Assembly: GCA_026770705.1 (NCBI GenBank)
Contig: JANJGN010000035.1
Span: 7,378,001-7,442,000, forward strand
DNA from: Isurus oxyrinchus
Lineage: Eukaryota
Reading direction: 5' to 3'
DNA length: 64,000 nt
Shown: piece by piece, positions 11,660 to 23,745 of the stretch
How positions within the stretch are numbered: position 1 is the first letter of the stretch
Layout of the letters: each line of letters opens with the position of its first letter
Made by a program: the position numbers and the translations under genes
Notes under the pieces: generated by a model
What the model saw: only the letters and a program-made list of their open reading frames with translations
What the model was told of the DNA's origin: nothing
Databases searched by the model: none

Positions 11660-14600
11660 AACAGGTGGCTGACCTCATCTTGAGCGTGACACAGCTATAG
11701 TGAGTGTGTGTATTGGCAATTTGATGCACAGTGAAGATTCGGTGTACAGGAGAAGTGGAGCTCTTAGCATGTTTGCTTTTCTATCCCATTTACTGAATCT
11801 TCAGAGAGTACTCTTGACCTGCTGCAGCAGCAGCGGCTATAACAGAAGGTAATCACTGCTAAGTATTGGGTAAGGTGAGGTAATGTGTACTACTTTTATC
11901 ACATATTTAATGGTCGAAATTTGATTCATTGTCTTTATTCTAAAGAAACGAGGATCAAAATATAAGGGCTCTATAGCCATTGGTTTAAAAAGTTTAATGT
12001 AAATCGTACAAGTCATGAAAGGAGAGATCAAAGCCATGATGTGCTACCGGTGCTCCCAGATGAAAACCGGGAAAGTTTGCAAATGCTCGGGACCAGCGTC
12101 TGTGCAGGAAGTGTGTCGCGTTGCACCTTCTGGAAGCTCCGGCTTCACAGCTGGAATGGCGGATGAGGACACTTTGGAGAATCCACAACCTGGGATCATC
12201 ATGGGTAGCATGTTTATAGATGTGGGCACACCACAGCTGAAGGCACCTGCGGAGGAAAGGGCATGACTAACAATCCGGTAGTGCAAAAGAAACAGGCAGG
12301 TAGGTAAGGGGTCCCAAATTGGTAATGTGCCCAAATCAGTATTCCATTTTGAGGCTGTGGAGGGCGCTGGTTCCGCCAGTTCATGCAGACAGAACAAAAC
12401 GTCTGGCACCACAAGCAGCCAGTCATTACAGGAGACCAGGAAGAAAGAAAGAAGCAATAGCAATAGGATATTGTAGAGTCAGGCGAACAGATAGGCGCTT
12501 CTGTGGTCGTCAGTGCGACTTCAGGATGGTTCATTGCCTCCCTGGTGCCAGTGACTGGAGCATCACTGAACGGCTGCAGGGCAACTTGAAATGGGAGGGT
12601 GATGAGGCCGATGTCATGGTACATGATCTTACTAAGGAGGTGGATACAAAGAGAGATGTGGTCTTGCATCAACATTTATGGAGCTAGCTAGCAGAATAAA
12701 AATCAATACCAATCAATTTGTAATCTCTAGATTGTTCTCAGTGCCACGTGACAGCGAGCTCTGAAATGGGGTAATAGCAAAAATGAATATGTTGCACAAA
12801 CGTTGCTGCTCGATGGACGTTTTTAGATTACTGTATCACAGGCACCGTTTCTGTGGGAGTTGGGATCTGCTCAAGGCAGAATCTCTACTTCTGAAGCAGA
12901 GCGGGACTAACATCCTTGCAGGAGATTTTGCTAGTAATGTTCGAAGGAGTTTAGCATAATTCGGCTTTGGGAGGGGGCACAGCATGTTAGCAGAATAGGG
13001 ACAAGTCATAATGCAGAGAAACAGTCAACCTAGTGAGAGTACAGTTGCAATAAATTTCAAGGCAGTGAGGCAAGGCTCGATCGCCTCTACTTTAATGCGA
13101 GGAATATTACAACTAAAATCCATGAGTTAAGGGGGAGAATTGACACGTGGAATTGTGATAAAGTAGGCATCACAGAAACGTGGTTGAGACAACGGCAGGA
13201 TTGGCAGCTCAACATTTTAGGATAATGAATTTATCAGGCGAGACAGGGGAGAGGGTATAAGAGGATTATTGATTGACTGCAGTGAAGACAGATGTTATTT
13301 TGAACGAGGCATCGACCGTAGCTTTGTAGATAAAGCTTAGGAAAAAAAGTGTTAGACGTTTCTTATAGGCCCCCAGATAGTTAGCAAGAAATTGCGGAGC
13401 AAATATGTGCACAGTTTCAGGTGTTGAGTAAGAGCAACAAAAATAGCGTAATTATACTATGTGATTTCAACTGTCCCAACATTAATTGAGATAGAAAGAG
13501 TCTTAAAGTCTTAGATAGGGTTCATTCCTTGAAATGTTTACAGGGGAACATTTTCGGTCAGTATCCAATGGATGCAAAAGGTGGTGGAGCAGTGCTGGAC
13601 CTAATATTGGGTAATGAAGCCAGATATGTGGCTGAGATCGTGATGAGGGAGCATATAAGTGTTAGTGACCACGTCGTTGTACAATTTAAGCTTGTTATGG
13701 ACAAAGAAGTAGACAAGTTCCAAAAATTTTTTTTGGGTTGCAAGAGAGCGAATTTCAGCAAAATAAGGGACGATCTAGCCAATGTTCACTGGAAGGAGCT
13801 CCTTTTCTGGAAACTTACAGATGAACAGCGGGGGGTCTTTCAAAAAGCAAACGGGGAGACTAAAGTCTCAAAATTATCCCTCTAGATGGGTAGGAGGCAT
13901 AAACAAGCCCGGAGAACCATGGATGACCACTGATATGCAGGATACGATGAGAAGGAAATAAGCTTTTTGCAGGTATAAGGGAAACAAATCAGTGGAGGTA
14001 TTAGTGCAGTGCAGAAATTGCAGGGTGGAGCTTAAGAAAGCAATTTGTAGAGCAAAGAGGGGCTATGAGAAACTTCTGGCTGGTAAAGGTAGCGTAATTC
14101 CCAATATATTCTATAAGTATATCAAGTGGAAGAGGATGAGTAGGTAAAGAGTAGGGTCTATTAAAGAGCAAGGGGTAAATTTATGGGTGGAGTCAGAGGA
14201 CATCGGTAGAGATTTGAAGAAATACTTGACATCTGTTTACCCAAGAGAATAAATATGATGGTACTGAACTCATGAGAGAGACTGCGAGGTTCTTGAGCAA
14301 ACTGACAAAGGGAGAGAAAGGAACTGGAGGGGTTGGCAGGCTTCATAGTGGACAAATGTCCACGTCCAAATGATTTGCCTCCCAAACTGCTAAGTGAGTC
14401 AAGGGAGGAAATCGCAGGGGCTGTGGCCAAATTTTTATTTCCAGTATGGCCATGGGGAAGGCGACAGAGGACTGGAACTCAGATACTGTGTTTTCATTAT
14501 TTAAGAACAGTTGTACAGATGAGTGAGGGAACTACATGGCCTTGAGTTTCCCGTCTGTGGTAGGGCAACTTTTGTTGAAAATTCTGAAGGAGACAGTGTA

Positions 14601-15937
14601 CCACCACATGGTGAGGAAAGGTTTTATCAGGGAGATAAAGCATGGCTTTATCAGAGGGAGATCATGTCTAATAAATTTGATTGCATTTTTTTGAGGTGCT
14701 GACAAGTTGTGTAGATGGTGGTAGGGTCGTTAATGGAGCTTGTATAGTTTTCAGCACAACCTTTGACAAGAACACACATGGCAGACTTATAAAGAAAGCA
14801 AATGCGCATGGGATACAGGATAATTTGATAAGTTCGATTCAAAATTGCCTTAGCTGTAGGAGACAGACGGTGATGACAGAAGAATGCTTTAGTGACTGGA
14901 AGCGAGTGCCCAGTGGCATACCTCCTGTATCTGTCTCTATGCCTTCTATTATTATTACTGTAAATAAACGAGATAGATGACTATGTGGCGTTTAGGAATG
15001 GTAAGTTTGCAGACGCCAACAATATTGGCCGGGTTGTTAACAATGAGTTTTGTTCTCTTATTCTGCAGAGAGATATGTGTGGTGGTCAAAAGGGCAGATA
15101 AGTGGCAGATAGAACTTAACTGCAAAAAAAAATTGTGGTGATAATCTTTGGAATCAATACATTTACAAGGAAGTATTCAAGGAACGGCATGACACTAGGG
15201 AGTTCTGAGGGAAAAGGGGGCCTGTGTTTGTGTGTGTGTACATAGATCTCTGAAGGCGAAGGGGCATTTTAATGGTGTGATGAAAAAGGCATATTGGACA
15301 CTTGCCTTTATCAAGTGGGGCATGGATTACAGACGCAGGGAGATCGATTTGGAGTTGCATGGAACCTTGCTGAGGCCACCACGGGGAGTACTGTTTGCAG
15401 TTCTGATAGCCACATTATAGAAAGAATGTGATTAGAGAGAATGGAGTGCAGAGGAGATTAAGTAGGATTTTGCCTGGGAAGAAACATTTAAATTATGAAT
15501 AGAGGATCGATAGACTTGGGTTATTTTCGTTGCAGAAGAGAATACTGTGGGGAGAACTGATCGTGTTGCAGGAGATCAAGAGGGAACTTGGGCAGGGTGG
15601 ATAAGGAGCAGCTGCTCCTTTCAGTTGAAGGCTCAGTCACGAGGGGTAGGTTTTCAACATCAGGGGCAGGAAGTTTCGGGATGAAGTGAGGAAAAAAGAT
15701 TATACCCAGAGGCTGTTGAAGGTATCGAATGCATTCCCTGGGTTTGTGTTGGAGGCGGGTTGACTCACATCCTTTACAATATAATTGGATTAGCACTTGG
15801 CACGTCATATCATTCAATGCTTTGGGCCAATAACTGTTAATTGTGATCAGGTAGGTAGGCCAAGCGTTTCTCAACTCCTGGTTAAGACCGAAGTGCCAAA
15901 GGGCCTCTTCTAAACTCTGTGACACTGTGATTCTGTT
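11660..15937 (+). mobile_element. Near full-length CR1 LINE (5'UTR, ORF1 Zn-finger/esterase, ORF2 APE endonuclease and RT), degraded
   Basis: ORF1 'AIAIGYCRVRRTDRRFCGRQCDFRMVHCLPGASDWSITERLQGNLKWEGDEADVMVH'. APE 'YFNARNI', 'GITETWL' and 'AVLDLILGNE..SDH'. RT 'QGRSCLINL' and 'FADA'. 3' tail ACTCTGTG-ACACTGTG-ATTCTGT (CR1 octamer repeats) at about 15914-15937. Confidence 0.9.
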
Positions 15938-16830
15938 TACCAAGGGCTACTGATGCTGCTTGGCACGCACAGAGTCCTGTGTGATCGCTTCAGTAGGATG
16001 ACAGCTAATTAACACGTATGTCTGGTCCTGCTCAATGCATGTGCTCCACCACCCTTCGCTGAACCACATCTGATTCCCTGCCTTGATGGCTTTGTTAAAG
16101 TGAGGGATATGCTACGCCATGCAGGTACAATTTTCATTTGAATACGATTCTTCTGCTGATGATGGCCCACAGCGCCTCATGGATGCCCAGTCTTGAGTTA
16201 CTAGATGTATTCGAAACCAAACCCATTTCGCAAAGTCGTAGTGCTACACAACATGAATGAATGTATCCTAAATGTGAAGGGGGGACTTTAACTCCGCAAT
16301 TACTATGTGGTTGCTACTCTTACCGATACTGTCATGGGTGGAGGCATCTCCGGCCGGCAGGTTGATGAGATTGAGGTCAAGTATGATTAATTTCCCTCTT
16401 GTTGGTTCCCTCACCACCAGCTGCAGACACATTCTACCACCTATATCATTTAGGACTCGAGCAAATGAGTCAGTAGTGGTGTACTGAGGCACTATTGATG
16501 ACTGACGTTGACGTCGCATACCCTGAGTACATTCACCGCCATTGCCACCCTCAGAGCTCCTCCAATTGATGTTCATCGTGGAGATAGCAATGTTTCATCA
16601 TCTGAGGGATGGTGGTACCTCATAATCAATGCCATATTCCCTTGCACATGTTTGGCCTGGTGCCACGATTCTACATATGGTCTGGAGCCGATGTTGATTT
16701 CAAACATTGTATCTTCCTTCTGCCTGTTTAACACTCAGCCATCACCTCTGCTTGGTCTCCCCTGTCCGTAGGACAGGATATACACAAGGATGATGATGGT
16801 GATGTCAAGGAAATCAATCCCAGTATGTTA
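15935..16830 (-). mobile_element. LINE (CR1/L2-group) endonuclease part; 5' continuation of the element at 9850-11650
   Basis: ORF 16268-16576 'VVREPTRGKLIILDLNLINLPAGDASTHDSIGKSSNH' corresponds to the APE C-terminal motif (PTRG..ILDL....SDH). Confidence 0.8.
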
Positions 16831-16899
16831 CCATGGGCCTCTGGTGACTAGTCCTGCGACAATTCCACCATGCCGTGGTCTACCTCAGCTCCTGCGCTT

Positions 16900-18825
16900 T
16901 ACGGTATTATGGATGGAGAGTAAAAACCTAACAGTAAATCAGCATATACAAAGAGATGTTACAAAGAGAATGGAAGGACAAAACAAAGGACAAGAACCTG
17001 TATCTGAATGCACATAGCATTTGAAACAAAACAGATGAACTGTGATTGTACATTTAATTAAATAATTGTGATCTGATAGCCATCACGGAAACATGATTTC
17101 AAGAAGACAGGGATTGGGACCTCAGTATTGAATGGTATCGGGCAATTAGGAAGCAAAGGAAGTGAATAAATAATGGAAACGTGGTTATACTAAATTACGA
17201 TGATATTAGCTCAGTAGAGAGGGATGATCTAAGTTCAGTAAAACAGGATATGGAAACTGTTTCGGAAGAGAGGAGAAAAGTTAAAGGCAGGAACTCACTT
17301 ATAGGAAGTGTTCTTCCCCCTAACAGCAAGGAAATGGTAGGGTTGTGCAAAAATCAAACACTAAGTTGAGTTTATCAGAAAGGCACGGTGATAATCATTG
17401 AAGATTTTAATTTACATATCGAAGATAAAAGTCAGATGAGCAAAGGTAGTCCAGATGAGGAACACATTGTAGTTTTTCTGGATAGTGTATTCGAAAAGCA
17501 AGTTCTGGAGCCAACCACAGAGTAGGCTTTATTAGGCCTGGTATCTTGCAATGAGGTGTGAATACTTAATAATCTCACAGTGAAGGCGTCCCTATGTAGC
17601 AGGGGGCATAATATGAATGAATTCTATTTACAGTTTGATGGAGAAGGGCCAGAAAGTATGTATTTAACATTAACAAACAATATTATGATGGCATGAAAGC
17701 TGAGATAGCGAAAGCAAATTGGCAAAACAGGTTAACAGATAAGGCAATAGAGATGCAGTGTTTGATACTTAGGGGTCATTTCAGAATTCACAGAATAGGT
17801 GAATTCGAATCAGTAAGAAGATATCCAACGGTAGGAAACACCATCCGTGATTAACTTGAAAGGTTAAATATAGTGTCAAAATTAAGGAAAACGCATATGA
17901 GTGTGGGAAAATACATGGAAGACGATAAGATTGGACAGAATATATGAAACAGCAAAAAATAACAAAGATACAAATAAGAAGGGGAAAATTTGAATATGGT
18001 TGAAAGCTAGCCAGAAATAAAAAAAGACGGTAAGTTAGGATCTTGATAAATATTTTAAATTTTAAAGAGCGAAAAAGAACGGCCTTGGTCCTGTAGCAGA
18101 TCAGTCTGGAAAATTGGTCAAAGAAAACAAGAAGGTTGCAGATGAATTGAACACATGCTTTGCATCAGCTTTCACGGCAGAAGATACAAGTAACGTTGCA
18201 GATGCAGGTAAAAAAAAAAGAAATCAGAACAGGAAATGGAAGTGAGGAGGCAGCCAGGAAGATTACAGTTACCATTGCAGTGGTTCTGAGCAAACTTTTG
18301 GTACTGCAACTGTCAAAGGCACGGGTGTGATGCATTAATCGTGGGTTATAAAAGAACTGTGTAGCAAGATAGTTGATGCATCGTTTTTAATTTTCCAAAT
18401 CTCCCTAGAATTGGGGAAGTACGCTTTAAATTCGAAGATAAAAACGGTAATTCCATGAGTCAAAATGACAGGGAGGCAGAAGTATCAAACTGCAGACCAG
18501 TCACCTTCCCATCAGTCTTCGGAAAAATATTAGAAGTCATTAATAAAGAAGTTATAGCAGGCATCCTGCATCAGCTCAACCTAATCAGGCCGGTTCAGCA
18601 TGGTGTTGTAGTGGGGAAACATTGTTTAACCAACGTACTGGAGTCTTTCAGTAAGTAACATGTGCTGTGAATAAAGTTGAACCTATAGTTGCAAGTGTGC
18701 GATAGGTTATCGACAGAATTTGGGATGCAGGTATTATTTTACAATTAGATCAACCACGATTATATTAAATGTTGAAGCAGCTTTAGGGGCCTTAATGCCC
18801 TACTGTTGCTCATTGATCATATGTT
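16900..18825 (+). mobile_element. CR1 LINE ORF2 (APE and start of RT) with internal deletion to the 3' UTR
   Basis: 'LYLNAHSI', 'AITET', 'DFNLHI' and 'NCRPVTFPSVFGKILE...QHGVVVGKHCLTNVLESF', then an abrupt jump at about 18690 to CR1 3' UTR-like sequence. Confidence 0.8.
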
Positions 18826-18849
18826 GGTAGTTTGTGCCATTAAAGGCAT

Positions 18850-19620
18850 TTCAGCGAATGCATGAGTCTTTATGACGATGCTAACATATGTGCTGAGAGG
18901 GCGAAAACGTTTTGAGTTCCCATTAGATCCATGCTGGTGCATCGACTCCATGTATGCCATCTTTATGAAGTTGCAGCCTTCATATAGGGGAAGTAATTCC
19001 ATTCATTCTGTTTGATCTTTACTTGCGACTGCCAAAATGGCTCCTGTCAGCGTGTGCACTTTTTTGGGCATCCGCAATGATGAGTACACGCTAAACAAGC
19101 ATCTGATAATATAGCTTATCAGGCTAACTGCCCAACCTCATACAGCATCTTCAATCGTTGATCATGGGCATCAGGGTTTACCCACCTGCAACGTGGCCAC
19201 TAAGCTCTATGAAGAACTCAATGCCAATGTAGAGGAGCGTTTCAAAGCCTGTCATTGGCAAGGTGTGAGGCCATCACGCAGACATAGGACTTCTCAAGTC
19301 GAACATCAGCTGTTAGATGGAACTGGTAGAGCCCTTCATTATGTCCCCCGTAAGCGCCCAGTATGTCAAGGTGGTATGCAACGCTCTCAGAATCCTGCAG
19401 AGGAGCGATCATTACTACAATGTGGATATTTGTCAGCGTGATGCCCCCTCTGATGGAAGAAATAAAGAACCAAATGCCAGGGCGTCGTTCATAGAGAGAC
19501 TTCAAGGAAAGTGGCAACGGCTCATAGGATATCTGCAATTGAGCTTCAAGGTGCTCATTTGGAGCCTTTTTTCACAGCCGCCTTAAAAATTGTCCACGCA
19601 TTTCAATACATCTTCATCAC
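18850..19620 (-). mobile_element. Old LINE RT fragment, possibly L1/Tx1 clade
   Basis: 'ISYEPLPLSLKS...GI...RGG' weakly resembles the Tx1/L1 RT region 'AIEPL...GI.RGG...YADD'. Very degraded. Confidence 0.35.
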
Positions 19621-22600
19621 TTAGCTCTTTAGCACGTCGAAAATGACAAACACACTAAGAGTGAGAACGTAAGCTTGCTCTTATCAGATGTAAAAGTGTA
19701 GAGCACTGGAAGAGGCAAATTAGTAATTATACTTTGGTCTTGAATAAGATTCATTCAAGTTTTACCTTGTTCTAAAAGTTTGATTTTATAGCAGATATTG
19801 CAGAATAATGGGCTGTAATGCATGGAAAAAACCGTTACACTGGATGAATTTGACATAGGCTTTAAGGTAATTTAATGTACTTGAAATCTGAAATAAAGGG
19901 CAGTGTCATATTCCATTTCCAAACGCAAGTTAGGAAAAAGCAATTGACCATCCAATGAGATCCAGGCCAGTCATAACTCAAGTGAAAAAGAAATATTCAC
20001 GCAAATTGTTTTCTAAATGCATAGTTTTCCCACAAAAAGTGTTGATGAAATCTAAACTATTCATTTTAATTGTGATATCGAATCTTTACGTTTTGCCTGC
20101 AACGTTATTAATGTGTATAGACCCTTTGCGCCTCGCTCAAGAAATGACATATTTTTGGCGATTTGCTCAAAATTGAGAACTCCGTTTTCGAGAGACAATC
20201 ATTGGTTAAACAAGATTAAAAATGGCGGATTTGTCTTGAATGCTCTGCTACCGCCGCTTACCTTCTATTGTGCGCCCCATTAAAGTTAGAGCAGCAGACC
20301 AAATCACAAACGAGGAGCAATTGCAAGTGGCTGCCAACGTCGGTTTTGCACAGGCTTCGGTTTGGCTGGCAAGCTATCCTGTCCTATTCACTGTTCTGCC
20401 TTTCACGTTACGGCCCAGGGAACGAGGTTGCGATTAAACAGTGTATAAATCGTCCGGATCTGGTTTCTTAACCTCCCTGTACACTTGGCCGGCATTTCAA
20501 TAAGAGGAGTATAATCCTTCAGAAAACTGACAAATTGAATTCAGATAGGCTTCAGTTCCCGATCATACCAAAATGTTTAAAATGGAAGAGGAGCGCGAAA
20601 GGAAACTGCAGAGCATATCGGGATCTGAAACATTGCCTGAAGATGTGTTTTTAATTGTTGGGCAGGAAAGATGCTAGAAGCAGAGATGCAGATCCTGTCG
20701 CTAATTCATGCTGGTTCCGACCGGCTGCGAGAGGTGTATAATACAGTAGAATGACGAGGAACGTGATTACCAAGAGGATATCGAGACTCAGAGAAAAAGT
20801 TAGTGAAGAGAGAATAATTCTCTAAACCTCAAGGATTTCACTTCATCTCAGTTTGTGTCATAAGACAAACACAATAATAGCACACATGAAGCCCAATTAA
20901 ACGACCCGTATAGTACAGAACGGGAGCGCCGATTTTTATGCGGAGCATCTTTTTCTTTTTGGAAATCGCAGTGCTTTTTTAAATGATTTTCTTACATATC
21001 AGAGATTTGTAGTTAACTGGACTCTGCTGGTGAAAAGGTCCACTTTGTTTATCATTATTATGTTTCTAGTCCTATTTCTGAAATGTTGTTTCCTTAATTA
21101 TGGGATAAAGGAACACGAATGTGCAAACTAGTCAGCTCATAAAATTGCGATGGTATCCTATCGATACGTTTACCCTACAGCTCGTGTTGTCGCACAAACA
21201 CACAAAACCATGCAATATGTAACAACACAAGTCGTTTCTAACTGTACGGTGAAAGCCCAAGCTGCCTTCAATTGGCACGAAAGATGAATTGCATAGATGC
21301 TTCCGAATGTGTCAGCCTTTCATTTTGTGCCCAATGGTTCATGTATTTGAATCAGCCGTTCCTAAGAATAAAGTTAATTATGAACCTTGCGTCTTACAGC
21401 GCACGTCGCTAGAAACGGGATACAATTTAGAACCCCGTCCTGACTTGCTAGGAAGGTTACAGGAGAACATGCAACTTCTCGGGTTAAGTGTAGCTTGCTG
21501 ACTTAAGCGAATAACAGAACGGCAGCTGCCAAATATTGTCTATTCGTCAGGCAAACAGAAATGTTAAATAGGCAAAATACAGTAATAGGCTATGTCCAAT
21601 TTAACATCAATCGAAAACTTTACACGCTTCTTGCGAGTTATAAAAACTTATTGAGTTGTGAGATTTTAACAAACTTTCTGTTAACTCAGATCTCGCGTTG
21701 GTCTCCGAAATACAAACAGTCCACAGTTGATGAAAAACATATTCTCGCGGTGTTCATGAATGCACAATTTCACAACGTCTGATATGAAATAGAAACACTT
21801 CAGAAATTCTCAGGATTGCAAAATGTGGTCTGATATAATCACTGGAAAACAACGAATCTTTTACGTTCTGCATCACTGTTATAATTTATTTTTTTTTCAG
21901 ATAATATTTAAGACGTGTTTTTCTGTTTGACTGCTCAAAATGCATTTTATAACTTACAGGGTTCGATTATTTCGCAGTAATGCGAGAACAACACAGAACT
22001 GACTGAGAACAAGACAGAAATGTCCTCAGTTCATCCATGGCGGAATGTATACTCGGAACAGGATTTACAATAATTGTGATATTTTGCTGTTTCAAGCACG
22101 GGAAACGTATTTTCCACCCAATTAAATAAAAGACAGACAGGACCAATGAAGCAGCAGGTACGAACAGTGGCGCAGAATCGTTATTTAAATTTGAAGTACA
22201 CGTCCCATTTCGATCAATTGAAAACAGCAGATTGATGAGCAATGAATAAAGCAGGTGCTGCTGTTTTTAAAGCAATTTTAGTAAACCTGCCAGCAGGCAA
22301 ATCCATGGATAAGAATTAAGAACTGCTATTGAAATAGATTTTAAAACGTGTGTGTTCGGGAGGCGAAGTGGAGAGGTGGGCAGTGGCGTTTGGTGCTATA
22401 TATTTTTAGCATACCGGCTGTATTCGATGAGTTCCATGGGCGGAATAATAGTTGTTTGCTTTTCTCTCAGATAGTTCTTCACCTTTCCACCTGGAGAGTG
22501 ATTGCAAGCACGCAGTAAAGCCGTAATTTTAGACTGCGAGAGTTGAATGGATAATATCAACATTGTCCATGATCCGAAATGCAGAAATAAGTATGCATTT

Positions 22601-23745
22601 ATTCAGATTTTGCATTGCTTAAGAAGTAATCATCCAGGGTTTGTTTTCGAAATGGAGAAAATTATTGCGGGGTTGTGAGCCTAATGCAGAATATAGGCCT
22701 GGACACCAAATTTGTTCAAACCACCCAGTGCAAAAAGCGAAACTTACACCAAATCGCTGCCAACTACGGCTTCTGCTCCAACTACCTGATCGTTTCCAGG
22801 TTATCACAAAACATGACGTTCCAAATCTGGAAGTAGTACTAAAAAACGCTTTATCATTGTTTATATTGCATCAGTAACTAATTCCCCATAGTCCATTGTC
22901 GGAACAATAGCCAAGTTTCCATTTCGATAGTTCAGAGAAAAGGTTGCAGCGCTTGCTCGAACATTAAGCTCTATGGGGAAAAGGGACTTTATTTTTACAC
23001 GTGTTTTTTTCTATACGTTACTAAAGTAGTTAGTTTCCATATATTTCAGTTATATTGATTAAATGTTTAATTTTGCCTGACACTACTTTTACCTCCATTA
23101 ACAACAACTGAGACTCCTCAAAACAAAAAGCTGTCTTACTGATCAAAATTGACTCTTTAATTTACTTTAGTTTGGCGTCAACAATCAGCAGTCTTCGCAA
23201 AATCTGCTTGCTAAGTAATTCTCCCGCAGGTCTTAATTTATTAGATATATTGTCATTGGTTTCTTCTCTCTGTGTTGTAGTGGCTGTTCCGTTTCACAGT
23301 GCATGTAAAATTGAGGGTTTCGATGAGCTTGAAAATGTGGACTAGGAAGGCTTATAGCATAACCTCTGCCAAGAGCTCTCATTAAGATCAGGCGATTTTT
23401 ATTTGTTATGATTGCCTTTCTTAACTTAGAAAGATTCACTACATAAATCCCGTTGCCCCTCCATAAAGTAGCCACAAAACTTAATCCTGCTTCATAAAAT
23501 TCCTTGAAACTTTGGAACAGTTTTACTGATAAGAATAATATAATTTTCCGAGTGATGCCAGGGCAAAAAAAAAACTCGGAATAACTTAAGTTGGTCTCAA
23601 TACACACAAACAGTGAAGTGTTAATTTGTTTCCTTTTGTACTATTTCCCGTCAGTCGTTTGATAGATCAAATGTCAATCTTTGAAGCAGGATGGATGTGC
23701 CAATGAAACACTACCTATATAATGCATGCACTATTTTATTCATAG

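Noticed and set aside
21960-22157. AG...GT-bounded segment ending GAAGCAGCAG|GT, like NLR exon 1
   Set aside because: In-frame stops and no other similarity; likely coincidence.
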